Source: Lama guanicoe (Eukaryota). Taken from it: a stretch of 64,000 bases of DNA. This document shows, one piece after another, positions 23,233-37,139 of the stretch. How positions within the stretch are numbered: position 1 is the first letter of the stretch; every line of letters starts with the position of its first letter. The position numbers and the translations under genes are program-made. The stretch covers positions 5,381,078 through 5,445,077 of the forward strand of contig MU054001.1 of NCBI GenBank assembly GCA_013239625.1, in the 5' to 3' direction. The notes beneath the pieces were generated by a model. It did no database searches. It had not been told where the DNA came from and saw only the letters and a list, made by a program, of their open reading frames with translations.

Positions 23233-25294
23233 GTCTAGGCTGCCTCCCTTCTTTATGGAGGATGAAACTGAGGATTGAAAGAAGGGAAGTGACTGGCCCA
23301 GGGTCATGCAGGAGGTGAGGTCTCCTGGCTTCCAGGTTACAGCCTTTTTCAGAACATGTGAACTTTTTCCTCTGCCCTCTTCTGTGCATTTATTCATTCA
23401 CTGGCTTATTTATTTCCTCATTTAGCACTGGCTTACTCCCAGCCCCAGGCACCAAGGACAGAGATGAACCAGCCATATCCTGTCCCTCCAGGACCCTCGG
23501 TTTGACTGTGGGAGGTCAGATGGTGGTGTTCAGTGTGACCAGGCCTGGGGCCAAGTCAGAGGCCATCTGCCTGGGATCCCTACAGGCACCAAAGAGACTG
23601 TCAGGCATCAGTCCAGGCCTTTCCAGGGCATCCTAACCTCTGACCTCGGACTGTCACCTGGAAACTCCAGGTTCTTATGCACTGACTCGTGAGTGACCAG
23701 CGAAACAGACATCACCATTCAAACGTCCACCCGCTAACCCACCTTGAGGCAGCCTGAGAATGGCCTTGGCATTCTGGGTCACCATACTGCCAACTTCCTC
23801 CCCTTCCAGGAGCAGGACTGTGTGCTTATGCCAGGCTCCCCCACTGACCCTCTGGGCCTGAGCCTGACACCCACAGGCTCGCAGCTGGAGTGAAAATCAT
23901 GACGTGGCCTCAGCATGGCAGGAACAGACCCACGTCCAGGATAGAAGGCCCGTCGGTCAGGTCTTTATTTCTCAGGAGTCTCTAAGCATCCAGGGAACAC
24001 ATGTGTCATGTGTGGGCCACAGGCACTTAGAAAACACAGTTTTACTCACTCACTCAGACATTCACTCAGCAAGCATCAGCCAAGGGCCTTCTGTGTTCCA
24101 GGCTCAGAAAAGGGTGAGACACAACCTCTGCATAAAGCACCCACTGTCCCGGGGGGAGAGGGCATTCTCTCTGGGGCCCAGGATGAGGATACCAGTACCT
24201 GTGCAGCCTGGAGGCTTGCTTTTTGCTTCCTGTCTTCTCCTCCTTGAGGTCTCCCCTGACCTCTGCCTACATTCTCCAATTTTGCTTTCTAAGTCTATTA
24301 TGGAGTCTCAGTTTCTCAGTCCTCTTCAAATTCCCATCCCTCTAGCTCTCACCACAACCTGGGAGGAAGAGTGGGTGGCCTTTAGTCCTATCTCACCGAT
24401 GAAGAAACTGAGGTCCAGAAAGGGGAGCTGATCCACTCAAGTCCCGGGGTAGGGTTGGGGCACAGCTGACATGATGTCCTGGCTTCTCCCAATGTCCATG
24501 GAGTAGGAGAGTGGGGTGCTCTGGAAACAGGCAGTGACCCTGGGACACAGGTGCATCCTTACCTCTGTAAGAAATCTATGACTTGGAGACACAGATCACC
24601 TCTAGATGTGCATTCTATTGCCAGAGACTTGGGGACAGGCAAGCATTAAAGGGGAGAACTTGTTAACGCCATAATAACCCCTAACACTTACTGAGTACTT
24701 ACTCATCACTTAGTATTTACTAAGTACTCCATATTGAGCTCTAAGAGATTGACATGTAACCTTTATAATGATCTATGGAGACAGGTATGATTTTTAACTC
24801 TATTTTGCAGCGAGGAAACTGAGACACTGAGAGGTCATTTCACTTAGCTGACAGAGCGAGAGGCATAACCAAATTTCTGAAGACCTCACTCTTAACTGCT
24901 CTTGGCACATGGTGTGGCCAGAGTGTGCCTTCCCATTCTAAAGAAGGCAGATGATTGGTTGATTGATAAAAGAGCAAGAGATGAACACCCAGAAAGGCAG
25001 AGCATGCCTGCCTCTGTGGGACAGGATGGCTAAGACTTGAGAAGTTTTCTTCAGAAGGGAAAAACTGAAAAACAGAGATGCCATGGTTCCTTACAATTGA
25101 ACGAAGTGATACCCTCTTGGCAAACCTCAAAAACAAGCTCCAGAAACTACCCACAGTCTCTCCTTGTTAATATTCTGTGGGATATCCATCCTGCTCATCA
25201 CCACCATCAGAGAAATGCTTCTTTGGTTACCATGATGTAGCCTGTTGACACATTCCCTCCTTAGAACACGATGCCCGCTAAGTCTTTGTCATTC

Positions 25295-25815
25295 ATGCAA
25301 GTTCTCTGTTGCCATCCAACAAATCGCCACAAGCTCAGTGTTTTGAAAGGACACACATTTACTGTCTCATGGTTTCTGTGGGTCTGAAATCTGGACATGG
25401 CTTAGGTGGGTCATCTACATCAGGTGTCTACGTGTCAGCCAGGGCTGCAGTCTCATCTGAAAGCTCACCAGGGAAGGACAGACTTCTAAACTCACATGGT
25501 TATTGGCAGGATTCAGTTCCTTTGGGTTATTGGGCTGAGAGCTCCTGTTTCCTGCTGGCTGACATCCAGAGGCTGCCCTCAGTGCCTGGCCACAGGGGCC
25601 TCTCCAACACGACTTCTTGCTTCACCAAGTGTGGGAAAGCTAAGAAAGCAAGACAGTCCTCTAGTAAGAGTACAGTCACCTTTGTAATCTAATCACAGAA
25701 GGGGCATTCCCTCAACCGTGAAGTATTCTACTGGCAAGAAGGGAGCAGGATTATACAGGCTGTGAATACTAGGAGGCCAGGACCACTGGGGCCATCTTGT
25801 GAGCTACCTACCACC
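25295..25815 (-). mobile_element. MaLR MLT1-type LTR
   Basis: aacaaatcgccacaagctcagtg...tctcatggtttctgtgggtc...ggggccatcttg. Confidence 0.7.
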
Positions 25816-27119
25816 TGAGTCATTAGTATGATTTTGTTTATCAGCTCTTTACAGCAAAATGGTTAGGTGACAGCAAGGGGAGCTTGACAAAAGGAGGAAG
25901 GAGGGACAATTTTAGAAACTGAGCTCTGTCCTGGCAGGTTGGGCCTGGTGAGCAAGCTGTGAACTGCTAATAAACCAAATGTGGGTTTCCCAGAGACTCG
26001 CATCCCTATCTGTAGACAGGTGGAGGCAAAGAGAACTGGGCCAGTCCATGTGGTTTTTCTCCATTTGTCCCTGTGCCATGGCATTGGCACTAAGTCACGA
26101 ACTGGATCTCCCATGGTGGTAAGACAGGCACTAAGCCTACATTGTCCCAGCCACCAGAGCATCCAACCCCTCCCTCTACTGCCCACAGGACATCCAAATC
26201 TAGCTTCCTGTGCATATTGCCTCCAAAGCCTGTGCCACAAATTCTGAGCTGCTCCTTGGTCTGCTGCTAAAATCTCAGGCCCAGTGCTGTGGGGATTAGC
26301 CTTGCTGCTTACATTCTGGACATTGTGGCTCCCTGCAATTTTAAAGACACAGCGTTCTCCCTGGAGAAGTTATATAAAGCAACCCTTACTTTATTAAAAG
26401 ACCTCTGACAGGGACACATCATTATTCAAGATTGGCTTAACAAAGGCTTAATAAAGACAACAATGAGAAGATATTAACTCATTTGGCTCATGTTTGAGAA
26501 CCTGACAGATCTGAGGGGTAGGGCTTTTCTTCAACACCAGTGATGGATCAAATCTGTTTGCATTGGAAATTGGCTAATGTGCTGATGCCCCAGAAATCTT
26601 GTGCTGAAGCCAGGAAGACATTAAACCTGTCTAAATTCATGAACCACCTCCCCACCCACAAAGCTCGCCACCACCCAAGCCAGACCCTTCAGAAGCTGAA
26701 ATGTGTTGCACACAAAGCTAGGAGTCTGTTTCATTTCCCTTACATAGCAACTTACCATTCTCGTCCATTTATTTTAAGCAAATTATTCAGCCAAGTTGAC
26801 AAGCATGAAAAAAACATGACCTACCCTGGGCTTTTCAAAAGAGATTTTCTCCTAAATATGATTCATTGTGCTCTGATCTCTCACTGTATTTTTATCAAAT
26901 GTTCCATGCCAGCTCTTAAAAGGACACTGTCAACTCCACTGGTTACGGCTGATTTCTTTGACTCTATTGTCAAAAGAACCCCTTCTCAACCTGCAAGAGA
27001 AAATTCTACCTTCCAGAAGCTCTGGGAGATGCCCAAAGCAGCCTCTGGGAGTTTGGAGACAGACCATAAAGACTTTCAATCACAATCATGTATCAAATAA
27101 TGATATGCCGGTCGCCCTT

Positions 27120-27430
27120 CTAAGTATAATGGTACCAACTATTAAAAGGGTATATATTGTCCCTGACCTCATGGAGGTTATATTCTAGAAAGGGAGACAG
27201 ACCATATACAAATAAAGGGTTGTATGAATAAAATATCACTGGACATTGATGGGTGCTATGAAGAAAATAGAATAGGTGATGTAACACAGAGTGATGGGGC
27301 AGAGTGAATTGGGATACAGAAATTCCACCCCACCCCCTGCCCTGGGAAGCACCATTTGTGTGGAGTTCTGAGTGAAGAGGGGGTGAGCCAAACAAGGTCC
27401 TAGGGAAAGAGCATTCCCACAGAGGGAAGA
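27120..27430 (-). mobile_element. L2 fragment
   Basis: gtccctgacctcatggaggttatattctag...tgctatgaagaaaata...gagcattcc. Confidence 0.6.
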
Positions 27431-28225
27431 GTGGCTCTCCACCTCCTATTGTGGATGCCACCAATCAAGCTGAGTCAAGTTATTGACATTATAGTTGTGT
27501 GACAGGAAGGCCAGGTCTTCCCCATGACCAGAGAGAAGTGGGAGGATCTCCAAGGGAGGCTCCTGGGACATGGGCTCTGTCATCTCCATGGGAAGCACCC
27601 CGGTATTGCAGCAGGGAACACTCTGTCTTGTTTATTATTACATCCCCAGAATCTAGCTCTGAGTCTGGCTAAGCAGCACTCAGTATAGGTAGTGAAATAA
27701 GAAAATGAATGTAAATGGGAGTAAAAAGGCTTAGAAGAATACAACTAGTTAACTAAAAGGTCATAGATAAATTGTCCCTAGGATGCAGGGCCAACAGGGC
27801 ATACCACACCTTACTTCTTGATAATAATTATTAACTACTGTTCATTAAGCATTTACTATGCTCAATGCATTTGCTGAGAACTATGATAGGCAATGTACAG
27901 GTACTACTTCTTTCAATCCTTCCAAAACTCTTTGAGAGAGGTATTATTTCATTTTAACATGCAAAGATATAGAATCACACTGATTCCACAATGCGACTCC
28001 ACCTCACTTGTAAGTGGATGTTGGAAAGGGTGGAGGATAAAATCTGGGACATTTCATGGCAATCCTACGTCCCACCTCCACATGACACCACTGTGCCAGT
28101 GGAGAAGTAGGAGACTTTTCTTCTGATGGCTTCTGGTGTTCATAAGTCCTGGGTTGCTGATTCTGTGATTCTCCTATTTTCCTTGCATTCCATTTATTTA
28201 TCCATTCATTTAAATATATTTACCG

Positions 28226-28400
28226 ATATTGAATATAGTTCTCTGTGCTGTATTCATTATCTTATAATAACATTTAATGAAAAAGAATATTAAAATGAAT
28301 ATATATATATGTATATATGTATATGCATGACTGGGACATTATGCTGTGTACCAGAAATTGACACATTGTAACTGACCATACTTCATTGAAAAATATACAT
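28226..28400 (+). mobile_element. Short L1 3' end with 5' inversion, inserted in L2
   Basis: 28226-28252 is the reverse complement of L1 tacagcacagagaactatattcaatat; the sense 3' UTR follows. Confidence 0.8.
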
Positions 28401-29574
28401 ATGTATTTATTCAGCTCCTACTATGTCCCAGGCACTATACTGGATACGTATCAGTGAGCAAAGCAGGTAAAAGATTCTAGAATGGCTGGTCTACCCCCAA
28501 GAAGTAATCCTTGGCATGTGGAACAAGAAGAATAGAGACAGAAGGGCAAAACGATAACTCATGTCTGTTTTCTGCTCAGCCCCCACATCCATGGCCAAGG
28601 CATTTCTCAAACATATGGGTGTTCTTTCAACCAGCACAGCATGACAGGGAGACAAGTGGGTAAGAAATAGTAGTAAGGAGCACTGAACACAAAGATGATA
28701 AGACAAAAAGCAAAGCCTTAGCCAGTGCCAAGGCTGGTCCCTTTGACAACAGAGGGTAAGATGCTACAGTGGCCAAGCTCCTCTGTGGTCAGACCTAGAG
28801 GCTAGTCTCTGTAGCTGGTTTTCAAAACAATTCAGATTCACAGCCCACCACCCCGACCCCTCCTCACGTACACTGCCAGCCTGAAGTATCCCCTTGTTTT
28901 ATCCTTGGTCACTTTCAGTCCCAACCCACCTGCCAAAGCACCCATCAGCCATCCCTCTCCCAAAATGTGACTTCTCTGTGTTGCCATTCGATGCTTCTCC
29001 CAGCTCCCTTTTGAGTGCAACAGCAAGAAAAGGAGGGCTTCTCCCTCTATAGGGCAGAAGGAGAAAAGAAAGATCTATCTGACAAATACCAGCTCTTCTG
29101 GAAAGAGAGGAGGACACAGAGCTCTCTTTTCAGGCATCTCTCAAATTCGTGGGTAAACTGTACTTCATGGAAACCGGGTAAAATCTCCTGCTTTGTGCTG
29201 AGCTAAAGGCATGGTGCATTCACATTGCACTACGTGTGTATCCTCACACCTATTTCTGGAAAAGGAGAACACTGCCACTCACCTGTTTCTTCCATCAGTT
29301 TACAGGCTGTCTCAATTCCCCTGGTCTTCAAACTTCAAACAGTCCCAACACCCTGTGCCTGTATCTCTCCTGCACTTTGGAGAACCTAATCTCAATATTC
29401 TGTCATCACCACCTACTAGCTGGGTGATCTTGGATGAGTTACTAAATTTTTCTGGGCATCGTTTCCCTGTCTATAAAATAGGGATAATACCTACCTCATT
29501 CAAGTTCCTGTGACTATGTGTAAATCTTTTTGCACATTTCCTGGCACATTGTAGACATGAAATGAATGATTTGT

Positions 29575-29742
29575 AATCCTGGGCACTCACTAGAATCACC
29601 CCAGGAGCTTTTAAAAATATTAATGCCCAGTCCCCAGCTCAGACCCATGAAACTGGAACCTCTGGAGGTGGGAACTTGAGCATCAGTACTTTTCAAGACT
29701 CCCTAGGTGGTTCTAATTTGCAACTAGAAAGACAACCACTTC
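29575..29742. mobile_element. MER5-like hAT-Charlie MITE
   Basis: tagaatcaccccaggagcttttaaaaatattaatgccca...ctccctaggtggttctaat...aaccact. Confidence 0.7.
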
Positions 29743-31329
29743 ACTAGATAAATGGTAGCTATTACAGTTGTTGCTGTTGCTGTTTATAATCCACGTTGTC
29801 CAGATGCAAACCCAAAGGTACAAGACCTCTAAGAAAAAAAAAAGACTGGCTTGTACCAGAAAAGGGTGGCTTGCTTGTGATTCTCAGCCAAGCCCCAGTC
29901 ATCTTTCAGAGGGAATTAAATAAACCTCAGAAGTCCACAGCCCACGGCACAGTATCTTAGGTAAAAGGCACCTAATCAGAAATTTCAGGGATAATTGGCA
30001 AATTGGCTCTTCATAAGAGGGGAGTAATCTGAATTAAGCGCCATGAGTTAGCAGGGCAAGTTGCCTCTGGCTTATGGGCTCTGGGCATATGTCACATCTG
30101 CATAAATGAATCAGTCCCAGGGACACAGGCTCCTTCCCCATGTGACCCTGCAGCAATGCTCTACATCTGAGATCAGCAGATGAAGGTATTCAGAGAGGAA
30201 AACCTGTTCACCTGTTCAGCGAATTTGAAATTCAAAGACGTAGCTGTTTGATCTGCAGTAATGGGAGTGCCAACCTTGGCACCCACACCAACCCAAGTAG
30301 GCAGATGTGAGAGTGACTCCCAGGAAACAGAACAGTCTCGTGTTCCATTTGTGGTCTGATTGGAGCAAGCTGCCCATTTCATAACATCACTGCCTTCTGG
30401 TAGGGTTTATGACATCCATATTTTCAAAGACAATTTTTAAGAAAAAAGAAGAAGAAGAAGAAAACAAATCTCTTTTCCCCATGTCCCTCTGCCTCTGAAT
30501 TGGAGTCAGAACTCTCATTATTCCATTCGCTGGTCTCATTCCCTCAATGGTGACTGGGTTCATGAGCATTTGATTCAATCTGCAATTAAAGCTCCAATCA
30601 CAGAAATACATTTTCAGGAGATAATTGGGTGCATCGTGCCAGCCTGTTGGCCTGTTAGCCAGCTGTAATTGTTGGCCAGTAAATTAAAAGCAAGTGCAAG
30701 TAAATAGTTCATCCAAATGCACATCAAAGAGAAGGAAGTCATGTTCCCATTGCTCAAGCACTCTGCCCTCTGCACTGACCAAGACTCCTGCCTTTGCTCA
30801 CAAATCCATCACTCAGATCTAAAAGATGTATGGGTGGCAAGTATTTTCATTGCTCTGCACAGATTAGAATGAAGAGCTCTTGAGAGAATGGTTTTCTATC
30901 TTGCTTTTTCCTTCCACACCTTGCTTCTTTCTTTCTTTTTCCTTGCAGTGAAGCTCCCAAAATGAGTCCTAAGTCATTTTTTCACCTTTCTCCCCAACTT
31001 CCTTTTGTATAAGCCCATAGCATAGCTTGAGCTAAAGAAAGACTTTTCACTATTTATTTTTCCTGGAGAGATGGCAGAGCAATTAAAATACAAAATAGTC
31101 TGCCCCTGCAGGTTACAAGTCCCTTCATTGGGGAACAGAGGGTGCGTGATATCTTTGGTGGTAGAGACATTTCAATGACTGGATGGGGGGGGGATTATAA
31201 TCAAAGGAGGATGACTGATCTTTACCCTCCTTCCATCAAATTGTACCCTAGTTTTCCTTTGCAAAAGCTCCCCTTTTCCCTCTTGGCTTATATAGGTTGG
31301 GAGCTATGGTTGAGTCTACTACTGTCTGC

Positions 31330-31970
31330 AAATGCTCACTCACCTCTCCCTCCATGGAAAGAGCATACCTCCCAGCCTCTATGGTACTGTCTTAGCTGGG
31401 TGGATGACTTTGACCAATAGAATGTAAGTGGTCATGACCCAACACATCTGAGCAGAAGCTTCAGATTGACTGTATAGGTCAGCTCAGTTTCCTGGTGACA
31501 TAGGGACATAAAGACTGTTCCTACCCCTGAATGGGAAGATACGTGGTGAGGAGCCCAGCAGAGCCAAGCAGGGCCATAGCAGCTGCAGCCAGCCTACAGC
31601 CACCACATTTGACATGAGAGAGAAGCTGAGCCAGCGAGATACGGTGCATCCTCTCCTGGATATGGTGAATCTTCTCCTGGGGGTCTAGGAGAGAAAGCAG
31701 CAATGTTCTCCCCAGGGAGTGCAGCTGGAACTAAGGAGACGGAGTTGCTGCCCCTTTCTTGCCACTACAAAGCTAGAAAATAAGGCCCAGATGTGTAGGA
31801 AAACCAGCCTGAGGAACAGAGAAGCCAGACCTTGTGACATCACGTGAGCTTGGACCAGATCCACTGAAAGCAGACCCTCCTTTGGACATTTCACTATGAG
31901 AACCAGCTTTCTCTTTACCCAAGTCTGTTTACATCGAGTTTTCTGTCACTTGCAACTACAGAATTCTCAC
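31330..31970 (+). mobile_element. MaLR MLT1-type LTR
   Basis: tcccagcctct...gactttgaccaatagaatgtaagtgg...ttttctgtcacttgcaac. Confidence 0.6.
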
Positions 31971-33704
31971 TGAAAAGATTCCAAATCAAAGGTTCTTAAT
32001 CTCTCAGACTTTCCCTGTTGTCCCCTCAAGAGAGGAAGGAGCCCAGATGCCAGGAGCAGAAACACTACTGCTTGGACGGAGAAGCTCCTGAGGATGCAGA
32101 AACTTACAAATCCTTGGATCAGCCCTGCCTTGGAGTTGTCTACTGACCCAGAATGGAGTCCAGAAGGTTGAGTTGGAGAAAAGACATTTATGAAAGTCCA
32201 AGGTACTGACATTTCCTGCAACCTTGGAAAGGCAAACTGAAGCCTTCTCCTCAGCCCACCTCATCAGTCATCACAGCAACTAACATTGGCCAGTAGGTCT
32301 ATGCTAGACAATTATTTCTAAAAGCGTCGATGGTAATTTGATTTAGATGATTAATTGCTTCACCAATAGCTATATCTTCCTGATTTAAGTCAGAAACTAA
32401 ATAATACAAACTGACTAAAATATCATTGCAGAATCAATAAAACATCCTCAATGGATAATGATAGCGTTAATGCACTTATTCTCCGCTGGGTGCATCCATC
32501 ATAGTTAATGGGGATAAGTTGAAATGATTTTAATTAAAGGCATTTGGGTTCTGTTGCCCTGAGTCATAGAATGCTGAAGCATAAAGGGCCCTAAGAGCTA
32601 AGAGGCCAGGGGTTTTCCCATCCAGGGTCTGCTGGAACCCCAGGGATGTTTAGAAGCACTTCTTGGGCCAATGTAGGAAGTAGCGAAGGAAAAGAGAGCT
32701 GAATGTTAGAAGCCCCAGGATTTCCAGTCTCATTTCAAACAGAACATTTCTGAATGTTAAAAAAAATGGTTTAGGTTACAAGAGGAATGAAAAATAGAAG
32801 AAAGAAGGGAACATATAAAAGAATGGGGAAAGGAGAGGATGAGTTTAAAAACCACTGATCTAAGCCAACCTTCTCATTTTTCCAATGGGGAAACTGAGGC
32901 TCAGGAAATGGGAGAGGTTTGTTCAATGTCACACAGATGTTTTGTAACAGAGTTTGTACTGAAATCCAGATGCTCTGGCTACCAAACTAATATGTTTCCT
33001 CTTGCATCAGCTTTACACATTTTAGATTTTAGAAACAAGGGATTTATTTCACGGGGGCAAGAGGAATTGGGGGCAGTCTGCCTACAAGCCGCACTGGAAG
33101 GACTCTTGCCCTTGGTCCCACTTCTAACCAGCAACTCATGCCATGCCTGGCCCCTGGCCCAGGATTCCAGCCAAAGCATTCTATTCAAGATCTTTCCCAT
33201 GGGATCCAGAGTCCATGTCCAACAATTATTGGTACGGAAAGCTCCAGCTTGAACTGGTGACTGATTTTGCCTTTAGCCATATTGTATTCATTGACATACT
33301 ATTTACTATGCATGAAACACTATGCTGGACACTCCAAAAGTGCAGGAAAATATAGGATGGTAGCCTTGCCCTCATAGTCTGGAAAAGAAGGTAAAATCAA
33401 TAGAACAACCATCATAATACATGGTTCAGTTGGTGTTTCTTACCTGTTAGACTGTTATCTCTGTGAGGCAGGGATGGTGTCCATCACTGACTGTACATCT
33501 CCAATGCCTTACATGGATACTAGGCACATAGCAAGTGCTCGATAACTATTGTTGGATACTTTAAAATAGCAGTAAAATGTAAAAATGTTAACACTTGCCA
33601 TATATCAGATGCTATTGGAAATCATCATGTAATAAAATGTTCAATTCTTACTACAACCTATGAATTAATTATATTATTATTAATCCCATTTTCGAATATT
33701 GCTC

Positions 33705-33946
33705 CAGACTCACAGACATAGAGAACAAACTTATGGTTACCAGGATGTAAAGGGGGTGGGAGGGGATAAGTTGGGAGTTTGAAATTTGTACCTCTTGGGG
33801 AGTGATGGCATTGTTAGGTATCTTGATTGTGGTGGTGGTTTCATAGGTATAAACATCTATCAAAATTCACCAAATTGTACATCTGAAATATGTGAAATTT
33901 ACCATAGAGAAATTATGTCATAATAAAGTTGTTTTAAAAAAAATAA
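33705..33946 (+). mobile_element. Short L1 3' end, chimeric type, inserted in a MIR
   Basis: cagactcacagacatagagaacaaac...aataaagttgttttaaaaaaaa; perfect TSD GAATATTGCTC at 33694-33704 and 33947-33957. Confidence 0.9.
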
Positions 33947-35921
33947 GAATATTGCTCACGTTCACCCAGCCAGTAAGTGATAGAATTGGCATTTGATTCT
34001 AAGCCACTTTCAAAGATTTCATCCTCAATCATATTCTTAATACCCCCAAAATGTCATGGGAGCTCAGAGGAGGAAATGATCACTTCTAGAAAGAGATTAT
34101 GTAAGAGGTGGAACCTATTCTGTGCCTTAACAAATGGATAGAATCTGGACTCATGGCGATGAAGAGTGGCATTCCAAGGAAAGAGGATGGTGTGAGTAAC
34201 AGCATGGCAAGGGGAGCCATGGGCACACACAAAAGGCAGGTTCAGTGTGACTGAAGAATGTTCTGTACAAAGGAAGCATGAGGAATTATGTCCAGAGAGA
34301 AGGATCAGGACCAGTTACGTGGAAGCAATCAATAACCATTGAACATGACATGATTAGAGCTCAGTTTTGGAAAGGCCTTCTACCAGGTCCACCTTAGAGG
34401 GCAGTAGGTGAGGGTGGGGTGCCAAAGGAAGACAAAACATCTAAAGACCAAGTCCAGGCTTCCTTGACACATGGACCAGAGTTGGATGCAGGACCCAGAT
34501 CCTGAACATCACACCATAGCTGCTGCCGTTACTCAAGCAGGTGGCCTGATCAATTTTGCTCTTGTTGACCCAGCATGATGCTCTTGGCTTAAGAGCGTCC
34601 TTAAATTCAGCTGTAATAACAATGTATCAGGTGGCTAGATTTCCATCATCACGCAGAAAATAGCCTCTATCTGCTGCAGCCATGAATCTAGGTGCTGATT
34701 TTATCGACAATACCTCTGGCCCCAAAGGATCCACATTTTTCAGGTCCAGATAGAAACATGCACTCCAAGACCTGGATCCTTTAGAAATCTCTTCCATTGA
34801 AAACCCACAAATTCTTTAAATTCCTAGAATCCTATTGGAGAAAGCACTTAGCATAGATTTTAGCAAATGTGTTTAAACTATACATACTGTAAAAAATATA
34901 ATAATAACAGGCCTTTGACTCTTGCAAAAATGTCATCGGCAATCAATTTTAAAATAATCGGTAGCTGTGCCTCTTATTTTTGGAGACCTAAAGTCCATGA
35001 GTGTATGTAGCAATCCTAGTCAGTACACTGACTCCACTGCCCTGGACTTTAGATTCTACCCAGAGATGCCAAGGGCCTGGACAATGTATAGGTCTGGACA
35101 GTTTCTCACTCAGTGTCACTCACTCTACACAGCAAGTCTGCTTGAGTTGTCTTTAGACTGGAAGGCACAGTACTAAGCAGAAAAACAACTCCGATTACTG
35201 TGCATTCAAATCTAGGGGGCTCATTTTTACTGTCATTACAGAAATTTACTCTCAAGAATTCCTCTTTTCTGTGAAGCACAGAACATGCACATTAACAAGG
35301 TCACAGGCAGGGTCCTTGGGGTGAGGGTCCTCTCCAGAACTGGCATCCTTGTACGAGCTTGGACTACCTGCTTTGCCACCCCCCACCAACACCACCTGCT
35401 TAGCTGGAAAGGAAATCTCCACTGGTGTAAAACTCAGGGCTGTAGGTCCTAAGTTCTGGCTGCCCTCATTCACCAGAGAAGGTTAAAAATAGTTCTTTGC
35501 ATATGGAAATCACTTCACAGCTTACAAATTGCTTTCACAACCTTAATTTCATTTGATCCTCAAAACAGCCTCGTGATGAGAAAACTGAGGCCGAGACAGG
35601 TTCGGTGATAAGTCTAAGGGCAGGTAAGAGACAGGAGGGAGAGCCAGGACCAGAACACAGGGTCTTCTCATTAATATCCTGTCCTCTCTGCACAGCACAA
35701 AACCACCTCTTCTCCACCACCAGCCACCGTGGAAAGATGACCACCACCAATGCATCACTACAGCACCACCTCTCCACCTCCCTAACGACCAGGAGAACAC
35801 ACCTGTCCACACCCCGTAACTTTGGTTCACCCTTCTCCTCCGCTCATCAAGCCCCTAAATTACCCAAATCTACCAGCAGAGCAGGTCTGGCTCGATTTCT
35901 TTCCGCACAGGGAGGCAGTGG

Positions 35922-35993
35922 GGGGAGAATGGTGTGAACATAAGCCACCTTTGAGCCGGGGAGAATGGTGTGAGCATAAGCCACCTTTGAGCC
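35922..35993 (+). repeat. 36-bp tandem duplication
   Basis: GGGGAGAATGGTGTGA(A/G)CATAAGCCACCTTTGAGCC twice, one mismatch. Confidence 0.95.
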
Positions 35994-37139
35994 AGGAAGA
36001 TGTGAGCACAAACCTTTGCTCTGCCACTTCTAATAGGTGACCTGGGCAAGTTAGCTTCCGTCTCTGTGTTCTTTTCTTTAGAATGGGAATAATTATAGTA
36101 ATACCCACATCGTAAGTTTTCCGTAAGGAATACATTTTTAAAGATACCTCCATGAATAAAATAATGACATTAAGGGATTTCACACAGTGCCTGATACACA
36201 GTGAAGTCAACAAATAGTAGTAGGAGGAGGAACTAAACAACAACAACAACAATCACAGTAACTCCTGGAAGTGAAGCCAAAGAAGCAGGGGCACACCTGG
36301 TACCTCTGGCCTGACCATCTCTGCCCCGGTCTGTGGCCGCTCTCCAAAGGTCTTCCCAGCTGGGGGCAGAGTTAGATCACACACCCAGCAAACATCCCCA
36401 CGCACCATCCATCAGCCCTAACAAGGGCTCTGTATCAACGCTGGATTTATCGGGAGTGGGATGCAGGAAATACACTGCAGAGGGGAGGAGTGGGTTGTAT
36501 AATCAGGTGTGTGATTAGTCATGCTAATGACATTTATTATGCTACGAGTAGAACTAATTTACAATAATTTAATCATCAGCAAACAACTGTGCAGGACGAA
36601 GAAGCCAGGTTGTCAGATTTTCAAATAAGGGCTCTCAACTAAGTTCCAGTGTGACCGTGAACTTGTGTAATTCTGGAGGGAAAGACTGGGCTCAAATCGC
36701 GGTGTGTCTACAAGAATGATGACCAATATTTGCAAAGCAATTCTGGCATTTACAAAGTATCTACATGAACAGAATCTCATTTGACCCCTGGGACAGCCTT
36801 CCACAGTCATGCATTTTTGAACTTGCTTTAAGATGACAAGGTGGGGTTGAGAGGTGAGAAGGAGCACTAGAAAGGGCTCGGATCCAGGGCTTCTGATTCT
36901 AGATCTTGCATCCTTCTTTCTAAATCAGTGGTGCTCACTCAGAGGTGTGAGGACTGACATGTAAATTAATGAATGCCTGGGCCCCAGCAAATTTTTATTA
37001 TGATTCAGTAATTCTGGAATGAAAGATGGGAATCTGATTCAGAAACATGCTCCAAGATGAAAACCACTAAATTGTAGGATGAAAAGATGGGAGTCCGTCC
37101 AAGATGCTGGGAGGGTATGGATTGGTCTCCTCTACAAAT

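Noticed and set aside
23904..24431. 175-aa ORF
   Set aside because: Overlaps L2/MIR remnants and has a non-ATG start.
26540..27100. 186-aa ORF
   Set aside because: No recognisable domain or coding-like composition; a chance ORF is plausible, though a homology search was not possible.
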